A DNA stretch of 41,160 nt from an uncultured Oscillospiraceae bacterium. GTDB lineage: Bacteria > Bacillota > Clostridia > Christensenellales > Aristaeellaceae. Shown here piece by piece: positions 1 to 8,510 of this stretch (within the stretch, counting starts at the first letter, position 1; every line of letters begins with the position of its first letter). The stretch is taken from NCBI GenBank assembly GCA_964620835.1, contig CAZUIA010000002.1:1-41160 (forward strand), in the 5' to 3' direction. A program made the position numbers and the translations under genes. Below the pieces are notes generated by a model. It was not told the DNA's origin. It made no database searches and saw nothing but the letters and a program-made list of their open reading frames with translations.

Positions 1-292
1 CCATGCCGTAGACGAGGTAATCCTCGATTTTGTCCTTGAAGCGGATCTCGATGCCCGGCAGCACCACCATCCGGAGCGCCTCGCCCGCCTCCCTGGCCTG
101 GCGATAGCCCTCCAGGAACTGTTCGCGCGACGCCGCGTCCGTCCTCTCGCCGTGCAGATAGTGGTCGGTGATCACCGCCGCGCCATACCCGGCGGCATGA
201 AGCGCCGAAATCACCTCCCGGGCGGGAAGCCATCCGCAGCGGCTGCTTTCCTTGGTGTGCGCGTGCGCCTCCAGCAAAACCCGTTCGCTCAT
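1..292 (-). CDS. PHP-domain phosphoesterase, N-terminal fragment (the gene continues past the window start)
   Basis: I translated the minus strand from ATG 292-290: MSERVLLEAHAHTKESSRCGWLPAREVISALHAAGYGAAVITDHYLHGE...IEIRFKDKIEDYLVYGM. The HxH near the N terminus and the ITDH motif fit the PHP metal-binding pattern. The start overlaps the aldolase stop as ATGA (289-292). Confidence 0.6.
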   Translation of the reverse strand, partial: MSERVLLEAHAHTKESSRCGWLPAREVISALHAAGYGAAVITDHYLHGERTDAASREQFLEGYRQAREAGEALRMVVLPGIEIRFKDKIEDYLVYGM

Positions 293-1005
293 TGAAACAC
301 GTCCAGCAGGCACCTATTCGCGGACGGATCGCCCGGCATCGGCAGGCCGCGCGAGCGCATCACGCTTTCCAGATCCTGCACGTCTTTTTGCGGCAGGGGC
401 TTCAGGTTGCCCAGCAGCCTGGCCACCAGAACGGACTTTGCCGCGCTTTCCATCATCTCCAGCAGGTCGAGCGCCCGCAGCACGCCTTCGCCGCTCGTCA
501 TCAGCACGCCGTGGTTTTCCATCAAAAAACCGTTGGAGCGGGGCAGCGCCGCGTCAAACGCCTCGGCCAGCGCTTCGCTGCCGGGCTGGGCGTAGGGCAC
601 CATCACCATGGGGCCGACCTCGATGACGGGCTCGGGCAGGATGGCGCACGCCAACGCCTCGCCGCCGGCAATGGCAAAGCCCGTCAAAACAGGCGGATGC
701 GCGTGCACGACGCCCTTGAGGTCCGGCCGCTTTTCGTACACGCGCAGGTGGAAGGGCGATTCGCTGGTGGGCTTTCTGCCCTCGGGCGCAAACAGCGTTT
801 CCCCGCGCATGTTGACAAAGCAGATGTCATTTTCGCCGATATCGCGCTTGGGGACCTTGGTGGGCGTGATCAGCACCACCTCCTCGGCCGCGCGCACGGA
901 CAGGTTCCCGCCGTGGGAAGTGACGTAGCCAAGGGCCGCCAGCCTGTTGGAAGCGGCGGCCAGTTCCCGGATTTGTTCGGCATACTGCCGCTGAAGAGGA
1001 TGCAT
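289..1005 (-). CDS. Class II aldolase/adducin-family protein (FucA/AraD/MtnB-like)
   Basis: The 238-aa track ORF contains SHGGNLSVR, ITPTKVPK, SESPFHLRVYEKRPD and GVVHAHPP, which are typical class II aldolase motifs. The upstream gap of 26 nt places it in the same operon. Confidence 0.85.
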   Translation of the reverse strand: MHPLQRQYAEQIRELAAASNRLAALGYVTSHGGNLSVRAAEEVVLITPTKVPKRDIGENDICFVNMRGETLFAPEGRKPTSESPFHLRVYEKRPDLKGVVHAHPPVLTGFAIAGGEALACAILPEPVIEVGPMVMVPYAQPGSEALAEAFDAALPRSNGFLMENHGVLMTSGEGVLRALDLLEMMESAAKSVLVARLLGNLKPLPQKDVQDLESVMRSRGLPMPGDPSANRCLLDVFQ

Positions 1006-1031
1006 ACGGGTTCCTCCTTGTTTGTGTCCGC

Positions 1032-1397
1032 TTAGCCGTGCGTTGGAATGGCGGTCATAAAGGCCATGTGCGCCTGGGTGGTATCGCAGCGGCTGTACTG
1101 CACGAAAACGGGAACGCTCGCGTCCACCTTGACGGCGTAGGGCACGCCGCGCGGGACAACCTGCCCGCTGTCGGAAACCTGCCTGTCCATGCGCACGTGG
1201 TGCGTCCGCCGCGCGCCGCAGACGGCGTGAAAGCCCGCGATCGGCTCGCGGTCCTCAAAATAGAGGGTAAAATCGACGCGCGCGTCCTCATCCGATACGT
1301 TCAGGACGCAGACGGACTCGTGGCTGACATACGGCGCGTCCGTGCCCCCGGCGGGCCAATAGCAATCCGGAATAAACCAGGTCTTCTGTCCGCTCAT
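1032..1397 (-). CDS. Sensory rhodopsin transducer (ASRT)-family protein, 121 aa
   Basis: I trimmed the track ORF to ATG 1397 (MSGQKTWFIPD...). VSHESVCVLNVSDEDARVDFTLYFEDREP...ARRTHHVRM closely parallels Anabaena ASRT as I remember it (ISHETVCILNAGDEDAHVEITIYYSDKEP...ARRTKHVRF). The start overlaps the udk stop as ATGA (1394-1397). Confidence 0.8.
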   Translation of the reverse strand: MSGQKTWFIPDCYWPAGGTDAPYVSHESVCVLNVSDEDARVDFTLYFEDREPIAGFHAVCGARRTHHVRMDRQVSDSGQVVPRGVPYAVKVDASVPVFVQYSRCDTTQAHMAFMTAIPTHG

Positions 1398-2047
1398 TTC
1401 GTCCGCTCCATCCCATGGTTGATGTAAAACGCCAGGATGTCCACGATCCGCTGGTTTTTGCCGCCGCGGGTCACGATCACGTCGGCGTAATCGATGTAGT
1501 TTCGAATCCACCGTTCAAACATCGGCTTGACCGTCGCCAGGTACTGCTTGGCCACGCCGTCCACGCTGCGCTTTCTTTCCTGGATATCCCGCTGCACGCG
1601 CCGCAAAAGGCAGATGTCCGGATCAACGCTGATGTAAATTTTGAAATCCATCAGGTCGCGCACTCTGGGGTCGTAAAATACGTGAATGCCTTCGACGATG
1701 AGCACGTCCGCCGGCTCGATCCGCTCCTTCGTGTCCGCCCGGCAGTGGCGGGTAAAGTCGTATGCCTTTTTCAGCACCGTCTCCCCCGCGATCAGGCGGC
1801 GGATGTCCTCATGCAGCACATCATGCTCGAAGATGCCCGGCTCGTCATAGTTGAGCCTTTCCCTCTCCTCAAACGACAGATGCGGGTGGTCCCGGTAATA
1901 GGCGTCCTGGTTGAGCAAAATGGATTTTCCTTCGATCCGTCCGGACAGCTCCTCCGCCAGCGTCGTCTTGCCGCTGCCGCTCGCCCCGCAAATTCCAATG
2001 GTCAGCATCGCTCGTATGGCTCCTTTGGCATGGGACGCTTCGCGCAT
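1394..2047 (-). CDS. udk: Uridine/cytidine kinase
   Basis: It has the P-loop GICGASGSGKTT plus LNYDEPGIFEHD, VEGIHVFYDPRVRDLMDFKIY and RRVQRDIQERKRS. An AGAGGGGA SD sits about 9 nt upstream of ATG 2047. The internal ATG at 2008 is an alternative start. Confidence 0.9.
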   Translation of the reverse strand: MREASHAKGAIRAMLTIGICGASGSGKTTLAEELSGRIEGKSILLNQDAYYRDHPHLSFEERERLNYDEPGIFEHDVLHEDIRRLIAGETVLKKAYDFTRHCRADTKERIEPADVLIVEGIHVFYDPRVRDLMDFKIYISVDPDICLLRRVQRDIQERKRSVDGVAKQYLATVKPMFERWIRNYIDYADVIVTRGGKNQRIVDILAFYINHGMERTK

Positions 2048-2068
2048 GTCCCAAAATCCCCTCTTTTT

Positions 2069-2097
2069 AGCGTACCTCGTTTATAGCCGTTTGTCAA
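2069..2097 (-). promoter_or_regulatory. Candidate sigma-A promoter of the udk operon (TTGACA-17-TACGCT)
   Basis: The minus strand reads TTGACAaacggctataaacgaggTACGCT just upstream of the udk SD. The -35 is consensus and the -10 is weak. Confidence 0.3.
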
Positions 2098-2221
2098 TCG
2101 GCCGTTTCCTCAAGGCTTGCCGCCGCGCGTTTGTATAAATGGGAGCAAGAAAATGGCCGGCTGCATGGGACCGCCTTGCGGGGCACGGGCGAAATTCCCC
2201 GTTCGCCAAGACCCTTTCCGC

Positions 2222-2962
2222 TCACGCCCAAAAAAGGAGCCAGTAGCAAAGCGCCCAAAGCGCCGTGAAGGAGATGGGCCAATGCCGGTAAAACAGCATC
2301 GCGGCCCTCGTCCGCTTGCGAGGCTCGACGCGCTCGCGCCTTCGCTGCTTTCGCAGGCGAATCAGGCCCTCCGGGTAGGGATCCGGCACCAGGGGGTTCA
2401 GGTGCCAAGCGGTGTACGCCGCCTCGGCCAGGATGCACAAGAACAGCGCCAGCGTAAAGAGGGCAAAGGGAATGATCAGCACCATGGATTCGACCTTGCC
2501 CCGCGTAAGGGCTAGGCCGGACCCCTCGGGTCCGACGGAAAGCGAGGTGTCCGAAGGCGTGTGCAGGCCGATGGACAGCGTGACGGTGTCGCCCGGCGCG
2601 ATGCCGTCAAAGGGGAAATACGCCCGGCCTTCTTCCTTCTCCCACCGCGACTTGAACCCGTTTGACGGCCTGGCCGACAAGACCTTCGCCATGAACTCGG
2701 CTTCAGGCTGGTCCACCGAAACGACCAGCGGCGACCATTTGGGGCCGATGGGCTGGAAGCTGTCGTTTCGGATGCGATAGTTGGTGACGTAGTACTGCAA
2801 ATTCGACTCCGTCACCAGCAGGGTGGTCTTATCATACACCAAATGCGGCGCCGCTTTGGGGAGAACGGGAATGGTGCAGCCAAGCAGCACCCCCAGGGCC
2901 GTCAGGAGTTGGGCCAGCCGCACGGTCTTTTTCGTTTGCAAGGTAAAACACCCCTGCCTCAT
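2222..2962 (-). CDS. Hypothetical membrane protein (N-terminal signal/anchor plus C-terminal TM segments)
   Basis: The 246-aa ORF has hydrophobic stretches LAQLLTALGVLLGC, MVLIIPFALFTLALFLCILAEAA and FTALWALCYWLLFWA. I recognise no family. Its codon pattern resembles neighbouring genes. Confidence 0.55.
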   Translation of the reverse strand: MRQGCFTLQTKKTVRLAQLLTALGVLLGCTIPVLPKAAPHLVYDKTTLLVTESNLQYYVTNYRIRNDSFQPIGPKWSPLVVSVDQPEAEFMAKVLSARPSNGFKSRWEKEEGRAYFPFDGIAPGDTVTLSIGLHTPSDTSLSVGPEGSGLALTRGKVESMVLIIPFALFTLALFLCILAEAAYTAWHLNPLVPDPYPEGLIRLRKQRRRERVEPRKRTRAAMLFYRHWPISFTALWALCYWLLFWA

Positions 2963-3037
2963 CTTTTACGCCGATTATGGCATATCGGACAAACCGTGTC
3001 AAGAAAGGCGGGGCCTGTCCACCGCGTCCCCTACGCC

Positions 3038-3065
3038 TTGCGATCGGGCGGAAATATGCTATACT
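3038..3065 (+). promoter_or_regulatory. Candidate sigma-A promoter (TTGCGA-16-TGcTATACT, extended -10)
   Basis: The sequence reads TTGCGAtcgggcggaaataTGcTATACT, about 50 nt upstream of GTG 3117. Confidence 0.45.
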
Positions 3066-3116
3066 TTCCTTGACGAAAGGACGCAGAACGGACGCAAACG
3101 AAAGCGGGGATTGCGC

Positions 3117-3611
3117 GTGAAAAAGGGAACGGCCGGGCTTGTCTGCCTGGCGCTGCTGCTGTGCGCCATGACCGCCCTGGCGGATGCCAAAGGACAAGGG
3201 ACGGCCGCCGATTTTGAGGGAAAATGGGTTTCATTCGAACGATACGGCTTTTCGCTGTATGTTCCGCGCGAATGGAACGCCGAAGACCTGGGCAACGATA
3301 CCCATATCGTCGGCGACGCGGCCGGCGAGCGGCAGCTTTCGGTCGAGGTGCGCGCCAACGAAGGATATACGCTGGATTCCATCCGGGAGGAGCTTTCCAG
3401 GGCCGGCGGCTACAGCGGCCTTTGCCAGGCGCTGTACGGCGAAATCACCTGCATCGGCTATGCCTACGCCCCGGGCAACCTGCTCGGCGCGATCACGCTG
3501 TCCAAGGATGGCCGGACGGTTGTGCTGTTCAAGTTTTCTCCCCTGGACGCCGAAACGGAGGCGCTGGCCTATCAGGTGCTTTCGTCGCTCACGGCCATTG
3601 GCACGCCCTAG
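3117..3611 (+). CDS. Hypothetical secreted protein (signal peptide)
   Basis: I trimmed the track ORF to GTG 3117, which follows a GGGGA SD: VKKGTAGLVCLALLLCAMTALADAKGQ... This is a classic signal peptide. The upstream part of the track ORF overlaps the divergent gene and promoter. Confidence 0.6.
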   Translation: MKKGTAGLVCLALLLCAMTALADAKGQGTAADFEGKWVSFERYGFSLYVPREWNAEDLGNDTHIVGDAAGERQLSVEVRANEGYTLDSIREELSRAGGYSGLCQALYGEITCIGYAYAPGNLLGAITLSKDGRTVVLFKFSPLDAETEALAYQVLSSLTAIGTP

Positions 3612-3824
3612 CGGCCGGCCCTTTCCCCAGTGGCAAACGCCGGTTGCCGCCGTCAAGCGCGCTCGCGCCTTGCAAAAGCGGCGAGGGAAGGCATAAAGGC
3701 CGCCGGCTTGTTCGTATCCATGCTTGCCGGCATTTCAAGCGCGCCCTTGCCCAAGACTGCCCAGCCCGGCGCTTAAAAAGCGCGCGGGACCGTCCACGGC
3801 GCGGCGGGCCGAAAGGATGAGCCC

Positions 3825-4937
3825 GTGATCGAAAGGAACGCAGACGACGTCTCGATGCTCCGCCGGGTGGTGGTGGAGGAGCTGTCATGGCAGGCCTCGC
3901 TCCAGCTTCCAAACGGCGCGCTGCCCATGCACCCGCAGGGTCCGCCCGGCGGGGCGGCGCGGGTTTGCCCGTACTTTGCCTGCATTGCCGCGCTTTCGCT
4001 GCTGATACGGCCCGCGCGGTACGCCGGGCATGTTCGCCGCTACCTGATCTGGCATTTCGCCCATCTCAACGACGCCGGAAGCGACCATCACGGCGTGGAC
4101 GGCACCATCTACGATTACTGGGTGACGCAAAACGGGCGCGGCGAAATCACGGAGCGGGCGGTGACCAACCTCCTGGGCCGAAAGCAATACGACTCCACCG
4201 ATTCCTACGCGGCGCTTTTGCTGATTCTTTCGCGAGCGTACCTGGATGCCACGGGCGACGGCGCGTACCTGGCCTTTCGCCAGGACGCGCTCGTGCGGGC
4301 GTATACGGCGATGCTCGCCACCTTCAAAGACGGTCTCAGCTATGCCAAGCCGGGCTTTTTCACGCGCTACACGATGGACAACTGCGAGGTGTGGCAAGGG
4401 CTTTTAGCGGCGGAGGGCCTGTTTCATGCGCTGGCGCGCTTCGCGGGCAGCGGCGCGCTTGCCGCCCTTTCCAAAGAAAGCGCCGCGCGAAGGCAGGCCC
4501 TGGCCGGGGCCATCGAGCGAAGGCTCTGGAATGCCCGCGCCGGGCACTATGAGGTGGGCGTCAACGCCAAAGGGCGCGCCTCTCCCGCGTCCCTGGACCT
4601 GCGCCGGTATTACCCCGACGCCATGGCGCAGCTCTTCCCCATTCTGACGGGCGTTCTGCCGCCGGACAGCACGCGGGCGAAGATCCTGTACGCGACCTTC
4701 AACCGCCACTTTTCAGCGGGCGCCGCGCGCTGGGAGCGGATGGAGGGCGTGCCCGGCAGGGCGGTGGAATACGGCCTGGCGGCGCGGGTGGCCGTCCGCA
4801 TGGGCGATGCCGGGCGCGCGCTTTCCTTCCTTCGGGCGTATGAGCAAAATGTGCTGCGGAAAACCCCCTCAAGCGGTGTGAACGCCGAGCGCGCGCACGC
4901 GGCGCTGGCCGCGCGGGCACTGCTATCCTTCCCTTGA
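3825..4937 (+). CDS. Hypothetical protein, possibly an (alpha/alpha)-toroid / six-hairpin-like fold
   Basis: This is a 370-aa ORF with a GTG start after AAAGGA. Regularly spaced helical segments (YDSTDSYAALLLILSRAYL, DNCEVWQGLLAAEGLF) resemble glucoamylase/prenyltransferase-type toroids. The fold assignment is only an impression. Confidence 0.5.
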   Translation: MIERNADDVSMLRRVVVEELSWQASLQLPNGALPMHPQGPPGGAARVCPYFACIAALSLLIRPARYAGHVRRYLIWHFAHLNDAGSDHHGVDGTIYDYWVTQNGRGEITERAVTNLLGRKQYDSTDSYAALLLILSRAYLDATGDGAYLAFRQDALVRAYTAMLATFKDGLSYAKPGFFTRYTMDNCEVWQGLLAAEGLFHALARFAGSGALAALSKESAARRQALAGAIERRLWNARAGHYEVGVNAKGRASPASLDLRRYYPDAMAQLFPILTGVLPPDSTRAKILYATFNRHFSAGAARWERMEGVPGRAVEYGLAARVAVRMGDAGRALSFLRAYEQNVLRKTPSSGVNAERAHAALAARALLSFP

Positions 4938-5427
4938 TCCATAGAAAGCCGCGGATCAAGCCCCCTGCCGCCACCGGGGCGGCAAGAGGAAAGGAAAAAT
5001 CAATGCAGGTACCTGCCGTGGCACCCCCGGCGGCGCGCAAACGCGCCGTCCCCCAGCCTCCCCGGCCTTGCCGATGCGCCACGGGATACGCGCCCACCGC
5101 GCGCTGCCCGCCCGGACACCCGATTGCCGTCGAAATCGCCCGCATACCGCCGGGGTTGAAGGACTTTTTGCGCAGACCGCCGAAAAGAAAGGACGGGCCG
5201 TGCACGGCGCCCGTTCCCGTCTTTTCAGGCGGCGTAAGCTGCGGCGAAGCGTCGTCCGGCGCGAGGGTTGTCGGCATCCTTTCAGGCCCAAGACCGCGGG
5301 CATAAGGAGAGCGGCGCCATTTGCGCGGGCAGCCCTCACGCCGGGCGGCGGCTGGATCGCCGCTCGCCACCCGGCCCGCCACACTTCGGGCGCATGCCGC
5401 CCAACCAGTACACAACTCGGAGGAACT

Positions 5428-6855
5428 ATGAAAAAGACTAAAATCATCTGCACCCTGGGTCCCGCCAGCGCCGATGAAGCGACCATGGAGGCCCTGCTGA
5501 AAAGCGGCATGAACGTGGCCCGGTTAAACTTTTCGCACGGCACGCACCCGGCGCACAAGGAGATGATCGACCGCTTCCGCCGCGTCCGCGACCGGCTGGG
5601 CATTCCGGCCGCGGTCATGCTGGACACCAAGGGGCCGGAGATCCGCCTGAAAGACTTTGCAAACGGCGCCGTGAAGCTCTCGGCGGGCGAATCCTACACG
5701 CTGACGACGGAGGACGTGCTGGGCGATTCCAAGCGCGCCTCCATCACCTATAAAGACCTGCCCCGCCAGCTTTCGCCCGGCGACCGCCTGCTGATTGACG
5801 ACGGCCGCATCGCGCTGGAGGTGGTGGGCACCACCGAAACTGAAATGCACTGCCGCGTGCTCACCGGCGGTCAGCTTTCCAACCACAAGGGCGTCAACGT
5901 GCCCAAGGTACCGCTGGACATGCCGTACCTGAGCGAGCAGGACAAGAAGGACCTGCTCTTTGGCGTGGAAAACGACGTGGACTTCATCGCCGCCTCGTTC
6001 ACACGCCGGGCCGACGACGTGATCGCCATGCGCAAGTTCATCGACTATCACGGCGGGCACAGCATCCGGATCATCGCCAAGATCGAAAACCTGGAAGGCA
6101 TTGAAAACTTTGACGCCATCCTTCACCATGCCGACGGCATCATGGTCGCGCGCGGCGACATGGGCGTGGAGGTCGCGTACGAGCGCCTGCCGGGCATCCA
6201 GAAGCGCTTCATCCGCAAGTGCTATCAGTCCGGCAAGATGGTCATCACCGCCACGCAGATGCTGGAGTCGATGATCCAAAGCCCCACGCCGACGCGCGCG
6301 GAAATCACGGACGTCGCCAACGCGGTGTTTGACGGCACCTCGGCGGTGATGCTCTCGGGTGAAAGCGCGATGGGCGCCTATCCCGTGCTCACCGTGCAGG
6401 TGATGGCGCGCATCGCCGAGCAGGCCGAGCGCGACGCCTTTGCGATGCGGGCCTACAGCGGCTTTCAGTATGACCTGAACGGGGGCACGACCAACGCCAT
6501 CAGCGACGCCGCGTGCACCACGGCCCGCGACATCCATGCCAAGGCGATCATCGCGGTGACCAAATCCGGCCAGACGGCGCGCAGCATCTCCAAATACCGT
6601 CCGCTGGAGCCGATCGTCGCAGCGACGCCGGAAGTCAAAACCTTCCACCAGCTCTCGCTTTCCTGGGGCGTGCACCCGGTGCTGGCCCGCTACCAAAACA
6701 CCTCCGACGACCTGTTCCTGCACGCGATCGACTGCGCCAAGCAGCTGGACCTGGTGGAGGACGGCGATCTGGTCGTCATCGCGGCGGGCATTCCGCTGAA
6801 CACCTGCGGCAACACGAATACCTTGAAGGTGCAGACGGTCGGCGCGCGCAGCTAA
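5428..6855 (+). CDS. pyk: Pyruvate kinase (475 aa, no PEP-utiliser extension)
   Basis: A GGAGGAAC SD is followed by ATG 5428. Diagnostic motifs are MKKTKIICTLGPAS, MNVARLNFSHG, IAKIENLEGIENFD, MVARGDLGVE-type (MVARGDMGVEV) and ATQMLESM. The upstream part of the track ORF (5068-5427) is junk sequence. Confidence 0.95.
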   Translation: MKKTKIICTLGPASADEATMEALLKSGMNVARLNFSHGTHPAHKEMIDRFRRVRDRLGIPAAVMLDTKGPEIRLKDFANGAVKLSAGESYTLTTEDVLGDSKRASITYKDLPRQLSPGDRLLIDDGRIALEVVGTTETEMHCRVLTGGQLSNHKGVNVPKVPLDMPYLSEQDKKDLLFGVENDVDFIAASFTRRADDVIAMRKFIDYHGGHSIRIIAKIENLEGIENFDAILHHADGIMVARGDMGVEVAYERLPGIQKRFIRKCYQSGKMVITATQMLESMIQSPTPTRAEITDVANAVFDGTSAVMLSGESAMGAYPVLTVQVMARIAEQAERDAFAMRAYSGFQYDLNGGTTNAISDAACTTARDIHAKAIIAVTKSGQTARSISKYRPLEPIVAATPEVKTFHQLSLSWGVHPVLARYQNTSDDLFLHAIDCAKQLDLVEDGDLVVIAAGIPLNTCGNTNTLKVQTVGARS

Positions 6856-6970
6856 GGCGCGCTCCAAGCATGCGTGCGCCACAAGCGGCGGGCCGAAGGC
6901 CGCGCGCTCCCCCCCTCCCCCATGCGCGCGCTTTCGCGCCGCAGGGAAAGCCGTCTTTAGCGCCGTTCCA

Positions 6971-7017
6971 AACAAAAACGGGGCTTTCCGGCCGCCGCGC
7001 GCGGACGGAAAGCCCCG
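6971..7017. terminator. Intrinsic terminator between convergent pyk and the PG-binding gene (bidirectional)
   Basis: A 12-bp perfect stem CGGGGCTTTCCG (6979-6990) pairs with CGGAAAGCCCCG (7006-7017). An A5 run lies 5' on the plus strand, which reads as TTTTTGTTT 3' on the minus strand. Confidence 0.7.
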
Positions 7018-7091
7018 CTCATGTTCCCCCGTTTTGTATGCCGCCACCCCGTGGGCCGCGGCCCGCCTCGGCGGGCGGCCTCCGGCGCGCC

Positions 7092-8414
7092 TTACTGGAA
7101 CAGGTGAAAGCCCGCCGGGCTTCCCGAGCCCGTGCACCCTTCCTCGGAGCCGTACACCTGGCACTCCCGCGTGCCGCAGTAGACGCATGCCCTGGTATGC
7201 CAGGCGTTTGCGGCGTCCTGGACGCATGACCAATGGAGGCCGCAGGGAAGCGGTGTATGCACGCCGTCCATGCAGATATAGTGTCCCACCACGCCGCAGG
7301 CCGAGGGGGCATGGGTTTGCCCGTTGTTTTCCTGGCACTGCCTGTGGCCGCAGGCCATGATTGTCTGGTGGCGGGCCTCGTCGCCGGAAGCGATCCATTG
7401 GCTGCAGAACACGCAGATGTTGGCCGGCGGCGGCGCCGGCGTGGGCGTCGGCACAGGGCCGCCGGGATAGGGCACGGCATTGCCGCTCAAGAGCTTACCA
7501 AACGTCGCGCTGCCGGCGATGCCGTCCGGGAACAGGCCGTTGAAGGACTGGAAGGTGGCCACCGACCATTTGGTGCCCTGCCCAAAATAGTTCGTCGCCG
7601 GGCCGGAAAAATACCCGTACGCGGAAAGCAGCTGCTGCAGATACCCCACGTCCGGGCCGCTCAGGCCCTCGTACAGGGTGCGCGTAAACAGCGAGTGCGG
7701 CGTGGGCGAAGGATACAGCGGCACGCTGCCCGCCGGGATCGCCGCCGCGCTGTAGACCCGTGAAAGCGTGGCCGGTCCCGCGATGCCGTCCTCGGCCAGC
7801 CCGTTCACCTTCTGAAACCACGCGACGGCGTTTCGGGTGTTGGTGAGGTACTTGCCGCTGTACGCGTCAAAGTAATACCCCAAAAAGCCCAGGCGGTACT
7901 GCAGTTCCAGGACGTCCTGGCCGCTCATGCCGTAGGAAAGCGAGGTGCGTGGGGCCGGCGTTTCGCCGTAGACCACCGCCGCGCCGCCGGCCAGCGCGCG
8001 GATGGTCCGCGCGCCCGCGATGCCGTCGGCCTTCAGGCCGTTATTCTTTTGAAACGCGATCACCATGCCGCGCGTCTTGGAGCCGTATTCCCCGTCCACC
8101 TCCAGGGCATAGCCGTACTGGTTCAGCAGGTCCTGCAGGGTTTCGACGTCCTCGCCGGTGCAGCCCCGGTACAGCTCGCGCGTGATGGAGGTGCCCGTGT
8201 AGATCACCTTGGCCGTGGGGGCCGCCGTGGGCCGGGGCGTCACGGCGGCGGCCACTGCCACGGGCGCGGGCGGCTGCGTGGCCTGCGGCAGCGGGGTGGC
8301 CTGCTGTGAAACGACGATCCGCTCAGTTTGCAACGCCTCTTTTGTGTACGTGGCGCTCGTCGACACCGCGGCGCCGATCAACAGGGAAAGAAGCATTACC
8401 CGAAGCGTATCCAT
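7092..8414 (-). CDS. Secreted protein with three PG_binding_1 repeats and a Cys/His-rich C-terminal module
   Basis: It has the signal peptide MDTLRVMLLSLLIGAAVSTSA. Three repeats follow the pattern G.DV..LQ..L...GY.....G.[YF]G..T...V..FQ...GL..DGIAG..T. The last 112 aa contain 12 Cys and 8 His. An AAGAGGAGA SD precedes ATG 8414. Confidence 0.85.
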   Translation of the reverse strand: MDTLRVMLLSLLIGAAVSTSATYTKEALQTERIVVSQQATPLPQATQPPAPVAVAAAVTPRPTAAPTAKVIYTGTSITRELYRGCTGEDVETLQDLLNQYGYALEVDGEYGSKTRGMVIAFQKNNGLKADGIAGARTIRALAGGAAVVYGETPAPRTSLSYGMSGQDVLELQYRLGFLGYYFDAYSGKYLTNTRNAVAWFQKVNGLAEDGIAGPATLSRVYSAAAIPAGSVPLYPSPTPHSLFTRTLYEGLSGPDVGYLQQLLSAYGYFSGPATNYFGQGTKWSVATFQSFNGLFPDGIAGSATFGKLLSGNAVPYPGGPVPTPTPAPPPANICVFCSQWIASGDEARHQTIMACGHRQCQENNGQTHAPSACGVVGHYICMDGVHTPLPCGLHWSCVQDAANAWHTRACVYCGTRECQVYGSEEGCTGSGSPAGFHLFQ

Positions 8415-8510
8415 AGCATTCTCCTCTTGATCGATCGAACTGGCTTTCCCATGGACAACCCGGTCCTCTGCCTAAGGATATGCCGGACAAGGCGTATCCT
8501 TGCGCGCCCG

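Noticed and set aside
4934-5305. A 123-aa plus-strand ORF in the spacer upstream of pyk, with an internal ATG at about 5003 preceded by AGGAAAGGAAAAA.
   Set aside because: The product is a Pro/Ala/Arg low-complexity string (PAVAPPAARKRAVPQPPRPCRC...) without hydrophobic core periodicity, so it is probably non-coding. The region is reported only as an unexplained spacer.
5068-5427. The N-terminal 120-aa extension of the pyruvate kinase ORF in the track.
   Set aside because: The canonical pyruvate kinase N terminus (MKKTKIICTLGPAS) begins at ATG 5428, directly after a GGAGGAAC SD. The extension is Arg/Pro/Ala-rich junk.
5524-7398. A 624-aa minus-strand ORF antisense to pyruvate kinase.
   Set aside because: It is the same type of high-GC artefact: a low-complexity Arg/Gly/Ala/His product that crosses the pyk terminator and overlaps the real PG-binding gene.
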